Shown here: in pieces, positions 7,213 to 15,413 of the stretch
Layout of the letters: every line of letters starts with the position of its first letter
Numbering within the stretch: position 1 is the first letter of the stretch
Origin: a virus
Lineage: Duplodnaviria; Caudoviricetes
DNA length: 30,252 bases
IMG/VR virus record: IMGVR_UViG_3300036546_000397
Coordinates: 1-30,252 of that record
Direction: 5' to 3' (one strand)
Notes under the pieces: model-generated
Told to the model about the DNA's origin: nothing
The model's input: only the letters and a program-made list of their open reading frames with translations
The model's database searches: none
Program-made: the position numbers and the translations under genes

Positions 7213-9525
7213 CTAGACCCGGGGGAGTATGTCATTAATAATTTGTTTAAAAAGGTTCCATATTGTGTCTACTTCTTGTTGGTTTGGAATATACTTTTCT
7301 CTAAGTACTTTATCTGGATGTATATAATTTCTAAAGTCTCTGAGAACATGCGCCATATGAAAATTACGATTGCTTAGTATGCCGATACTTTGTGCATAAT
7401 CAATCATTTCTTGGAGTTTACATTCAGACACTTTTTTAGGCTGTTTGCCTGGTAATGTGATGTTAGTCACTCCATGTTCGATATAATAATTTAGAAGTAA
7501 AGCTTCAATGATACTACCAGCCATGACGATTGCAGATTTTTGATTATTAATGATAATAGAATTAACGCATTCATTCACATCGTTGCTTATAATATCTGCA
7601 TATTCAGTGTTCTTAATATTGCTAATTTGTTTTATTAAGTCGCCATCATAACCTAACGAAATATACTGTTTTAGTGTAAATTGTGATTTATCCTTGTTCA
7701 TCAAAATAACTTTGTTATTATGATTAAAAAAGTCAACGATAAAAAGATTGAGATAATATCCTTTAGGAGTAAAACTTGAATCAATATACTCAAAATATCT
7801 TAACTCAACCATCTTATTAAAATCGTTCTTATCAACTAATGTGTTTAATATTTTATCAAAATGACTATATCCTGTTAAAGAAAAATATCCATTTGAAACT
7901 GCTTCATATATACTCTTAATAACTAAAACACGTTTAATAGGTTCATCTAGAATATACTGAAGTGCTTGCTTTCTTATTAAATTTTCGTTTCTAATTGAAA
8001 CCAAGTTTTTATAGTATAAATCTTTGCTTTCATCTATTGAATAAGCCTCAGCGAATAACTTCTCAGCTTCTATATATTGATTTTGCTTATGATATATAAC
8101 TCCTAGATTATTCAATACAGCAGAATTAGATTTGTTTTGCTCTAGAATATAACTGTAGTATTTTTGCGATGCTCTCAGATCAGATTTTTCATTTAGTGAT
8201 ACCGCTAATTCAAATAACTTAGACGAATATCTATAGATTTGATTAAAATCAATAGTTTTACATAATTGCTCCAAAAGAATGCTTTTTTCAGCGAATTCTG
8301 TATCTACAATTAGAGATATCAATGGATCAATTATTTGCTCGAATAATACCTGTAAATCTTTGTCATATAACAAGTTAATATTTTTTTGCAGATGATCTGT
8401 AATCATTTTACATGTTTCATAGGACATATGATCAACGTCTTCTGAAAATATACAAAAATTATCAGTCGGATTGGAGTCATTCATTATCAAGTTATAAATA
8501 GATAGATACATATCTTCTATTCTCTTAAAATTATTAGCCATATTATATATCGCAACAGCAACATGAATATTGTCTTTGTGTTTTTTGCTGTATTGTATTA
8601 AGTTATTCAAATGTGATGATGTATACCTTATTAGGTCAAATGTTTCAGAGGGTTTGTATAAATAAAGCGCAAGGATTGCCTTTACATGTGTAGCATCAAA
8701 ATTCTTGTGCTTAATTTTTGATAATTCAGTTAAATACTTACTCATTACATTATCAAATAATAAGTCCATTTTAGAGTATGGACTTCCAAAAAAATCTTCC
8801 AATATATTGTTAACAGGAACTTTTAAAATATACTCTATTGCTTTATCAAAGTCATTAAGTTTGAAATATGAGTATGACAACAATACGTAATGACAGTATG
8901 TCAAACTATTATGTGTATCTTTCGTCAAAATCTCTAAGCATATTTCCAATGATTCGGAATACATAGCCAATTCGATTTTGGAAATGCCTCTTACTAACTG
9001 TAACTGAAGGTATCCATTCAAATCATCGTCCATAATCTCTTTTGCATGACTATTGATTATCGTATCAATTAATTTATGTTCATTTTTTTCATATAGAACT
9101 TCAATCAATTTATAAACATTGCTGGCGGTTATTTTACTGTCAATTATTTGTGGCCCATTTCCTCGGCTATAATTATTATCAATTTTCAAAAGTTCTGTAA
9201 TTATCTCAGTAGATTTTGGATGTTCAACTAAGCCTTCATTTAAAAATCTTTCTTTAATATGGTTATCATCAATCAAATTGGTATATTTTACATACGCTAT
9301 ATGAAATGAAGGTTTTCTTCGAGTTGATTCTAAATAGAATCGTTCAGCGTCTTTTTTGTTACCTTTCTTGTATTTATAGTTTGTATTTATCTCGCCGAGT
9401 AGATAATAGAGTCTTGAATACTCATTTTCAGGTAATTCAGTGAGTAAAGTCTCATTTATCATTTTGATGGCAGATTCAAAATCGTCTGAATCCATCAAAA
9501 CAAAAATCTCATCATAATTTAACAC
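7213..9525 (-). CDS. TPR-repeat protein with C-terminal HEPN (DUF4145-like) domain; probable defence protein
   Basis: TPR units (e.g. AVLNNLGVIYHKQNQYIEAEKLFAEAYSID); C-terminal SAIVMAGSIIEALL...LRDFRNYIHP HEPN pattern. GTG at 9525 follows GAGGGGG; TG-A-TATAAT at 9551-9559. Confidence 0.72.
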   Translation of the reverse strand: MLNYDEIFVLMDSDDFESAIKMINETLLTELPENEYSRLYYLLGEINTNYKYKKGNKKDAERFYLESTRRKPSFHIAYVKYTNLIDDNHIKERFLNEGLVEHPKSTEIITELLKIDNNYSRGNGPQIIDSKITASNVYKLIEVLYEKNEHKLIDTIINSHAKEIMDDDLNGYLQLQLVRGISKIELAMYSESLEICLEILTKDTHNSLTYCHYVLLSYSYFKLNDFDKAIEYILKVPVNNILEDFFGSPYSKMDLLFDNVMSKYLTELSKIKHKNFDATHVKAILALYLYKPSETFDLIRYTSSHLNNLIQYSKKHKDNIHVAVAIYNMANNFKRIEDMYLSIYNLIMNDSNPTDNFCIFSEDVDHMSYETCKMITDHLQKNINLLYDKDLQVLFEQIIDPLISLIVDTEFAEKSILLEQLCKTIDFNQIYRYSSKLFELAVSLNEKSDLRASQKYYSYILEQNKSNSAVLNNLGVIYHKQNQYIEAEKLFAEAYSIDESKDLYYKNLVSIRNENLIRKQALQYILDEPIKRVLVIKSIYEAVSNGYFSLTGYSHFDKILNTLVDKNDFNKMVELRYFEYIDSSFTPKGYYLNLFIVDFFNHNNKVILMNKDKSQFTLKQYISLGYDGDLIKQISNIKNTEYADIISNDVNECVNSIIINNQKSAIVMAGSIIEALLLNYYIEHGVTNITLPGKQPKKVSECKLQEMIDYAQSIGILSNRNFHMAHVLRDFRNYIHPDKVLREKYIPNQQEVDTIWNLFKQIINDILPRV

Positions 9526-9572
9526 GAATAAAACCCCCTCTATATTGTACATTATATCAAATAATGTTTATT

Positions 9573-9869
9573 TCATTGAGGTTTTTCAGGATTTATTAGG
9601 TTTCCTTCATTATCAAACTTAACTTCTTTACTAAATCGTTTATGTTCCTTATTGTGACAATCCCTACAAAGTAACTCTAGATTATCTTGACTAAGGCTAA
9701 TCGCTGTATCATTTACGTTATGAATTGATAGTCTATTTTTATGATGAACTTCAATACCGATTGCTCCACAACGCTCACAAAGCCCGTTGACTGTCACAAT
9801 CTTTAACTCACGAGCAGCTCGCCATGAATCAGATTTATAGAAGTTATGCAGAACCTTTGGCTTTTTCAT
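9573..9869 (-). CDS. Phage HNH endonuclease (terminase-associated, HK97 gp74-like)
   Basis: FYKS..W, CERC, VHH, NLELLCRDCHNKEH motifs. Confidence 0.88.
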   Translation of the reverse strand: MKKPKVLHNFYKSDSWRAARELKIVTVNGLCERCGAIGIEVHHKNRLSIHNVNDTAISLSQDNLELLCRDCHNKEHKRFSKEVKFDNEGNLINPEKPQ

Positions 9870-10983
9870 ATGTACCCTTAAGTTCAGCTGCTTTTGCTTC
9901 CACATGTTCCCACCGAACTGGTAAGTCTTCTCTTCCCATATGTCCGTACTTTGCTAACTCCTGGAACTTCACTTTTTCGAACTCTAGCTCTTTACGAATG
10001 TTTGTAGGAGTGAAATCAAAATGTTGATTCAATAGTTCTAATAATTGATCATCAGATAACTTACCAGAACCAAAGGTATCAATTGAAACTGCAACTGGGT
10101 TTGCAACACCAATAGAATAGGACACACAAACTTCGCACGTGTCGGCCAATTCTGCCTCCACAAGGGCTTTAGCTACGAATCTGGCATAATAACTCGCACT
10201 GCGGTCAACCTTGCTTACGTCCTTGCCAGAAAAGGCTCCACCACCATGTTTTGCGTAACCACCATAAGTATCAACGATAATCTTTCTACCAGTCAATCCG
10301 GAATCACCATAAGGTCCACCGATGACAAATGCTCCTGTTGGATTAATTAAAATATTGATACCACTTAGGTCTTTACCTATCAGTGGTTTAAGTACTTCTT
10401 CGATAATGATTTCTTTTGCTAATGACAAAGTCGCTTCAGGTCTGGTTTGAGCTGAAACGATAATCGTATCATATGCGAATGGTTGTCCATCTACATACCG
10501 TACGGATACTTGGCATTTGCCATCTGGACCGAAGATATGATTATACTTAGCTTTTCTAAGTGTATCTATTTCTTTGGATATTTCATGTGCAACCATAATA
10601 GGTAGTGGCATGAGCTCTGGTGTTTCACTGCATGCGAATCCATACATCATGCCCTGATCACCTGCACCTTGCTGATGATATATAGTTTCATTTACACCTA
10701 ATGCGATGTCAGGTGATTGTTTGGAAATCTTTTCGAGTACACAAAATTCATCAGTGTATCCGATATCTTTAAGTACTTGTTTTGCTATTTCAGAATATTG
10801 AACTGAAGCTGTAGTTGTTACCTCACCAAAAATAACTACTAAATCGTCCTTGATTGCTGTTTCTACTGCCACTCGTGCAGATTGGTCTTGTTCCAGGATA
10901 GCATCTAGGATTGCATCACTGATCTGGTCGCAGATTTTATCCGGATGTCCACTAAATACTGACTCGCTTGTGATGATTTTCAT
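9844..10983 (-). CDS. metK: S-adenosylmethionine synthetase
   Basis: SESV..GHPDKICDQISD, GAGDQG, GLTGRKIIVDTYGG and HGGGAFSGKD..KVDRS signatures. Confidence 0.97.
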   Translation of the reverse strand: MKIITSESVFSGHPDKICDQISDAILDAILEQDQSARVAVETAIKDDLVVIFGEVTTTASVQYSEIAKQVLKDIGYTDEFCVLEKISKQSPDIALGVNETIYHQQGAGDQGMMYGFACSETPELMPLPIMVAHEISKEIDTLRKAKYNHIFGPDGKCQVSVRYVDGQPFAYDTIIVSAQTRPEATLSLAKEIIIEEVLKPLIGKDLSGINILINPTGAFVIGGPYGDSGLTGRKIIVDTYGGYAKHGGGAFSGKDVSKVDRSASYYARFVAKALVEAELADTCEVCVSYSIGVANPVAVSIDTFGSGKLSDDQLLELLNQHFDFTPTNIRKELEFEKVKFQELAKYGHMGREDLPVRWEHVEAKAAELKGTYEKAKGSA

Positions 10984-11000
10984 ATTGTCCTCTTTCTAGC

Positions 11001-11025
11001 AACAAAAAGGAAGCTGATGAGCTTC
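11001..11025 (-). terminator. Intrinsic terminator of the three-gene insert
   Basis: GAAGCT-CATC-AGCTTC followed by CTTTTTGTT. Confidence 0.6.
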
Positions 11026-11050
11026 ACTAGATTGCTTTGAATGTTATTTG

Positions 11051-11347
11051 TTATTTTAGTGCTGCTTTTGGTAAGTAAGCTGTATATCTAGCATAATGAT
11101 ATCCTTCGCTTTCAACTAGGATACCAAAATCGTGTGAATCGGATGTTACATAGATACAGTGGAATACTTCATCTTGGACACAATACATGTGTTCAAGATT
11201 CTCCTTAATAAAATCGTAGTCATTCAACGGATCCTTGATGAAGCATTCGAATAGGTCTTTATCGATGATGATTTGTTTTTCGATGACGAATTCATCATGT
11301 GGAATGAGTTCTGTTGATGTTGCTTTTCGTATAAAATTTGTTTTCAT
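11051..11347 (-). CDS. DUF6329-like phage/ICE protein
   Basis: F...PL.DYDFI and GILVESEGYHYARY motifs. Confidence 0.7.
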   Translation of the reverse strand: MKTNFIRKATSTELIPHDEFVIEKQIIIDKDLFECFIKDPLNDYDFIKENLEHMYCVQDEVFHCIYVTSDSHDFGILVESEGYHYARYTAYLPKAALK

Positions 11348-11358
11348 GTTTTTATCCT

Positions 11359-11733
11359 TTAGTCAATCTTCCATGCAGTATAGACACTTCTATATGTGCA
11401 ATCCCAAGTATCCATGATAACGCCATCTTTACATACTGTAACATGGCCAGTCATCTTGAGAATATATGTCCCGCGCGTATAGAGACCGGTAAAAGTGGAA
11501 CCCTTCAATCGCGGTTCACCTTTGACTGCTTTGAATATGAGTCTAGGTTTTCCTTCGAAATATTTGTATAAGAACTCAGTGTCTTTGTAGCTCTTAAAAT
11601 TCCAATCTCGCTTGAGTTGATTCAGTTCACGTCTGCATTCCATATAATCTTTGTTTAAGGCAGTGCTAACTGCTCTCACTACACAATCGGTTGTTTTGAT
11701 ACCTTTAGGATGCGCATTGTATTCTATAAACAT
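11359..11733 (-). CDS. Phage hypothetical protein with a Cys/His pair (papain-like fold suspected)
   Basis: DCVVRA, GHVT and DTWD motifs; TAATG overlap with the upstream gene. Confidence 0.6.
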   Translation of the reverse strand: MFIEYNAHPKGIKTTDCVVRAVSTALNKDYMECRRELNQLKRDWNFKSYKDTEFLYKYFEGKPRLIFKAVKGEPRLKGSTFTGLYTRGTYILKMTGHVTVCKDGVIMDTWDCTYRSVYTAWKID

Positions 11734-12161
11734 TACTTTGCCCATCCTTTGTTGAACCATTTCACTAGTTCTCTTGATGAGTCTGTTTGAAAGACTGGTT
11801 TTTCAAATCCATCAAGTCTTTCGAATACTGTGTATCTTGAATCGTTCCACACACAATCGATTTGAACCACGAAGAGGTTATTGTTGTTTTCAATGTCCGC
11901 AATTCTAAAATCATCATAAAGTGGACCGTTGAGTGGGCAATTGTTCTTGAACCAGCCATAACTAGTTTCAAGGTCTACCTTCCCACCTGTTTTGATTTGC
12001 TTGATGATGTTTCCCATCTTCTTTGTTTTGTTTGCTAGACTTGAATCTCTGCAAAACCAATCGAACCATCCAGCTTCGATTTGAGCTTTGGTATCAGGCT
12101 TATCAAATTCACCTGTGTTAAATCTTTGAATCCATTCTGATAACTTGATTTGTTTATCCAT
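11733..12161 (-). CDS. Phage hypothetical protein
   Basis: 142-aa ORF with RBS and an upstream promoter motif; contains GWFDWFC and FKNNCP..GPLYDDFR. Confidence 0.7.
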   Translation of the reverse strand: MDKQIKLSEWIQRFNTGEFDKPDTKAQIEAGWFDWFCRDSSLANKTKKMGNIIKQIKTGGKVDLETSYGWFKNNCPLNGPLYDDFRIADIENNNNLFVVQIDCVWNDSRYTVFERLDGFEKPVFQTDSSRELVKWFNKGWAK

Positions 12162-12190
12162 TTTGTGACCTACTTTCTACCTTTTGGTAT

Positions 12191-12228
12191 GTATATATAT
12201 CACTCTAAAGACCTTTTATATCAAGTCA
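12191..12228 (-). promoter_or_regulatory. Element-specific promoter motif, copy B
   Basis: TGACTTGATATAAAAGGTCTTTAGAGTGATATATAT. Confidence 0.65.
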
Positions 12229-12247
12229 TTTCGACGCTAAATCTTCA

Positions 12248-13459
12248 CTATAGTGATAAGTTTTGAAAGTCATCAATCGTGTTGAGTGATGTCTTCTTAC
12301 CTTTACGGATCAGATAGCAATTGTCACTTGATCCTTTATGTCTGATGTATCTTTTCACAATAACATCAACAAATCTTTCATCTAGCTCCATCAAGTATGC
12401 CTTTCTTTGAAGTTGATCAGATGCAATCATCGTTGATCCAGAGCCACCAAACAAATCTAATACATTCTCATCGACTCTAGATGAGTTCGCTATTGCTCTA
12501 CCACAAAGTTCTAGTGGTTTCATGGTCGGATGGTCATCATTCCGCTTTGGTTTGTTGTATTCCCAGATAGTATCTTGTGTGCGGTCATCAATAAAGTAAT
12601 GTGCTGCACCTTCTTTCCATCCATAAAGAATAGGTTCATGTCGCCAGTGATAATCTTGTCTGCCTAGAACAAGTGCATTCTTAACCCAAACTAGACATTC
12701 AGCTAGTTTGAATCCTGCATTCTTATAAGCTGTTCGAAAGTTGATACCTTCAGTATCTGCATGACAGACATAGATAGCACCGCCTTCTTTGGTTGCTTCA
12801 AACATGTTTGTAAAAGCATCCAATAAAAAAAGATAGAAGCTGTTGTCTTCCATCTTGTCATTCTTAATCTTTCCAGCTGTTCCTTCATAGTCAACATTGT
12901 ATGGTGGATCTGTGAAGATCATATCAATCTTTTGTCCATCAAGGAGTTTGTGAACATCATGTTTCTTAGTGGAATCACCGCACATGACTTTATGATTACC
13001 TAAATGGTAGATATCACCAAGTTCAGAATATGGTGTGTCACTGATTTCATCTGATGGGTCAAAGTCATCATCACTTGCATTATCTGGTACATCTGAATGT
13101 AGTTCCTCAAATCCGAATTGAAGCATATCCATATCGATATCTTCGAGTTCTTCTTCAAGCTTGCTGAAGTCCCATGTTGCAAGCTCTGCTGTCTTGTTAT
13201 CTGCCAAACGAAAGGCCTTAATTTGCCCTTCTGTGAGGTCATCAGCAACAATGCAAGGAATACTTACTAATCCAAGTTTAAGGCTTGCTTTGAGCCTAGT
13301 GTGGCCAGCAATGATTACCAGATCCTTGGTGATCACAATCGGAACCTTGAATCCAAACTCTTTGATACTATTGGCTACAGCATCAACTGCTGCATCATTA
13401 TTTCTTGGGTTGTTTTCGTATATTGACAACTCCGAGGGTTTCTTCATCACTATGTTCAT
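12248..13459 (-). CDS. ParB-N domain plus N6/N4 DNA methyltransferase (phage type)
   Basis: N-terminal NPR.N...SI.EFGF..PI...AGHTR ParB-like domain; DPPY, HPT.KP and DLFGGSGST motifs. Confidence 0.93.
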   Translation of the reverse strand: MNIVMKKPSELSIYENNPRNNDAAVDAVANSIKEFGFKVPIVITKDLVIIAGHTRLKASLKLGLVSIPCIVADDLTEGQIKAFRLADNKTAELATWDFSKLEEELEDIDMDMLQFGFEELHSDVPDNASDDDFDPSDEISDTPYSELGDIYHLGNHKVMCGDSTKKHDVHKLLDGQKIDMIFTDPPYNVDYEGTAGKIKNDKMEDNSFYLFLLDAFTNMFEATKEGGAIYVCHADTEGINFRTAYKNAGFKLAECLVWVKNALVLGRQDYHWRHEPILYGWKEGAAHYFIDDRTQDTIWEYNKPKRNDDHPTMKPLELCGRAIANSSRVDENVLDLFGGSGSTMIASDQLQRKAYLMELDERFVDVIVKRYIRHKGSSDNCYLIRKGKKTSLNTIDDFQNLSL

Positions 13460-13916
13460 TAATCCAGGTTTCCTCGCCTTTTTCTATGCGTTTGAGCATG
13501 ATATCTATTTCTTCTTTACGTTCGTTGAACTCACGTCCGAATTTGATAATTAATAAGTATTTGAGTGCATTAAAATCGGGGAGTGATTTCTTCTTGGTTT
13601 TCACAAGACGTTTTTTCGTACCCGATGATGTTTCTTCAATGATGGTTTGTACTTCCTCATACTCCATACCAACTGCTCGTTGAAAGAGTGCATCCATGAG
13701 TTTATACTTCAGTTCATCATCGCCATTAATAAATGCTTGATTTAACCTGGGATGCGAACGCTTCAATTTGATGAGAGTGTTCTCACTTACGTTCATGGCT
13801 TTGGCGATATCCTTTTGGATAATCCGCCTTGCTACCATGTCTTGAATACTTTTTATTCGTTCATCAAGTACTCCATCAGCCTCCCATTGCTGATATGTAT
13901 CCAGTACCTTTGGCAC
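13398..13916 (-). CDS. Terminase small subunit-like HTH protein
   Basis: HTH (QKDIAKAMNVSENTL), AL..RA.G..YEE and PD..A..YLL patterns; first gene of the late-type operon. Confidence 0.55.
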   Translation of the reverse strand: MPKVLDTYQQWEADGVLDERIKSIQDMVARRIIQKDIAKAMNVSENTLIKLKRSHPRLNQAFINGDDELKYKLMDALFQRAVGMEYEEVQTIIEETSSGTKKRLVKTKKKSLPDFNALKYLLIIKFGREFNERKEEIDIMLKRIEKGEETWINEHSDEETLGVVNIRKQPKK

Positions 13917-13997
13917 ATCGATTCCAACCTTTCAGGGTTCAGTAAATTTATCAAAAACTGAAGTTATCCAAGGGTTGAATACTACATTTTTATCTGC

Positions 13998-14031
13998 AAA
14001 AGAAAAGAAACTCCCATATTTGAGAGTTTCT
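13998..14031 (-). terminator. Leader terminator upstream of the TerS-like gene
   Basis: AGAAACTCTCA-AATA-TGGGAGTTTCT followed by TTTCTTTT. Confidence 0.7.
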
Positions 14032-14074
14032 ATCTTCTAGGCCTTATTGAAAGCCAGTATTCCACGCTATTTGT

Positions 14075-14119
14075 AGTATATGCAATAAGTCAATTTTTGT
14101 CTACATGCCAGTGGCACAA
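14075..14119 (-). promoter_or_regulatory. Promoter with 19-bp operator, copy 1
   Basis: TTGTGCCACTGGCATGTAG-N20-TATACT; the 19-mer is identical to 26065-26083. Confidence 0.65.
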
Positions 14120-14159
14120 TAATTCATTAAAACCTTGATTTTCCTTGTTTTTAGCCCTA

Positions 14160-14251
14160 TCACTTGATAACCACTTGCCGACCACTTGAACGCTAGTTAT
14201 TGACTAATTGACAACCACTTGGCGTTACTGTTCACAAGTATTATCGGTAAA
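14160..14251. repeat. Six 11-bp-phased C(C/T)ACTTG-type repeats plus a 28-bp dif-like site, copy 1
   Basis: Units start at 14160, 14171, 14182, 14193, 14204 and 14215; core GTTACTGTTCA-CAAGTA-TTATCGGTAAA at 14224-14251. Confidence 0.8.
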
Positions 14252-14289
14252 GATATAGAAAAACTATCCTCTTGTTAAAATAAAACAGA

Positions 14290-15357
14290 CTAAACTTTAA
14301 CTATTTTAATTTTCCCCTGTTCAATCAGTCGATAAAAAGAATTAGGATAGATTCTATTGATCATTTGTTGAACTGAAGAAGTGACATCAGACTTGAGATT
14401 TTTTCCATCATAATCAGAATAACAAAAGAAAATGTTCTTCTTTTTGTTAAAAAAATTTAAAACATTGCTGTAATAGTCATTATCAAATATGTTCAATGAG
14501 GTTCCGTAAAACACTACAAAATTATCATCTGCATCAATCAATGTCGATATAGGTGGAATATCATTTTGTAGTCGTCTATTTGATTTTGTAAATCTTTCAA
14601 AGCTAGACTTAGTGTTTGATTCAGCACTAATACCGAATATAGGATGATCTAATAATGACCCGTGAAGATTATGAACTTTAACTTCTTTACCTTTAAATTC
14701 ATCTATAAGCGGTGTGTAATTAAATGAAAATACATAAATAGGTTCTTCCCTGATAGTATTATTAATCAATTTCTCAAATAAAATACTTTGGTTTCCATAA
14801 TATGAATCTTTTAGATCGCTTACTTGCTTTATGACATATTTTGAAAATCTTTCTTCAAAATGGTTTAGCTCACTAATTAATTTATCGATAAACTCGCTAT
14901 CACTTACTACTTTTGATTTAAATAATTTTCTAGGGAATCCTTGGCGAGAGAAAAAACTTCCATCATCAAAATATCTTTTATAGAGCATATACGAGAAATA
15001 CCAATCTTTATCTGGATTTCCCCAGGAATCACAATCTAAAAAATCATTAATTTTATGAAGAATACCTTCCCAAAATCCAGATTGAATAGACTGATTCATT
15101 TTTTCTTCAACGTCACACCAGAGATCACTATTCATATTTGGTGAGTGTGTTATAAAATATAAATCCCACACTGTGAACTCTGATTGCTCTATCGCAGCCC
15201 TAACATTTGAATCAAATGAGAAATCACTATGCATTGAAGCTGACAAGTTCTTATACCATGGATATGTTTGTTTACACCAACTAAAAAAATGTGAGTATTT
15301 TGTTTTAAGCCCACACTGAAGGTCAAATCCATTACCCAAAACAAATATTGTTCCCAT
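14290..15357 (-). CDS. abiH: AbiH family abortive infection protein
   Basis: N-terminal LGNGFDL..GL.T.Y..F, W.DVE, FNYT, LHG and IFG motifs. Confidence 0.85.
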   Translation of the reverse strand: MGTIFVLGNGFDLQCGLKTKYSHFFSWCKQTYPWYKNLSASMHSDFSFDSNVRAAIEQSEFTVWDLYFITHSPNMNSDLWCDVEEKMNQSIQSGFWEGILHKINDFLDCDSWGNPDKDWYFSYMLYKRYFDDGSFFSRQGFPRKLFKSKVVSDSEFIDKLISELNHFEERFSKYVIKQVSDLKDSYYGNQSILFEKLINNTIREEPIYVFSFNYTPLIDEFKGKEVKVHNLHGSLLDHPIFGISAESNTKSSFERFTKSNRRLQNDIPPISTLIDADDNFVVFYGTSLNIFDNDYYSNVLNFFNKKKNIFFCYSDYDGKNLKSDVTSSVQQMINRIYPNSFYRLIEQGKIKIVKV

Positions 15358-15413
15358 ATATTTACCCCAATCAAGAATATTAGTTATCTGATATAATCCA
15401 TAAAAATTGTGTT

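Noticed and set aside
13161-13961. Plus-strand ORFs here and similar shadow ORFs (1442-1726, 7084-7377, 20731-21147, 24839-25048, 29081-29482 and others)
   Set aside because: They lie antisense or out of frame to well-supported genes and lack RBS or motifs.
14032-14070. Antisense target for the leader RNA of promoter copy 1
   Set aside because: Best matches in the window are about 10 nt (e.g. GTGGAATACT near 11159), which is expected by chance.
14160-14225. Short repeat arrays (also 22853-22918 and 22260-22364) as CRISPR arrays
   Set aside because: Units are 11 or 21 bp with no spacers of CRISPR length, and no cas genes are present.
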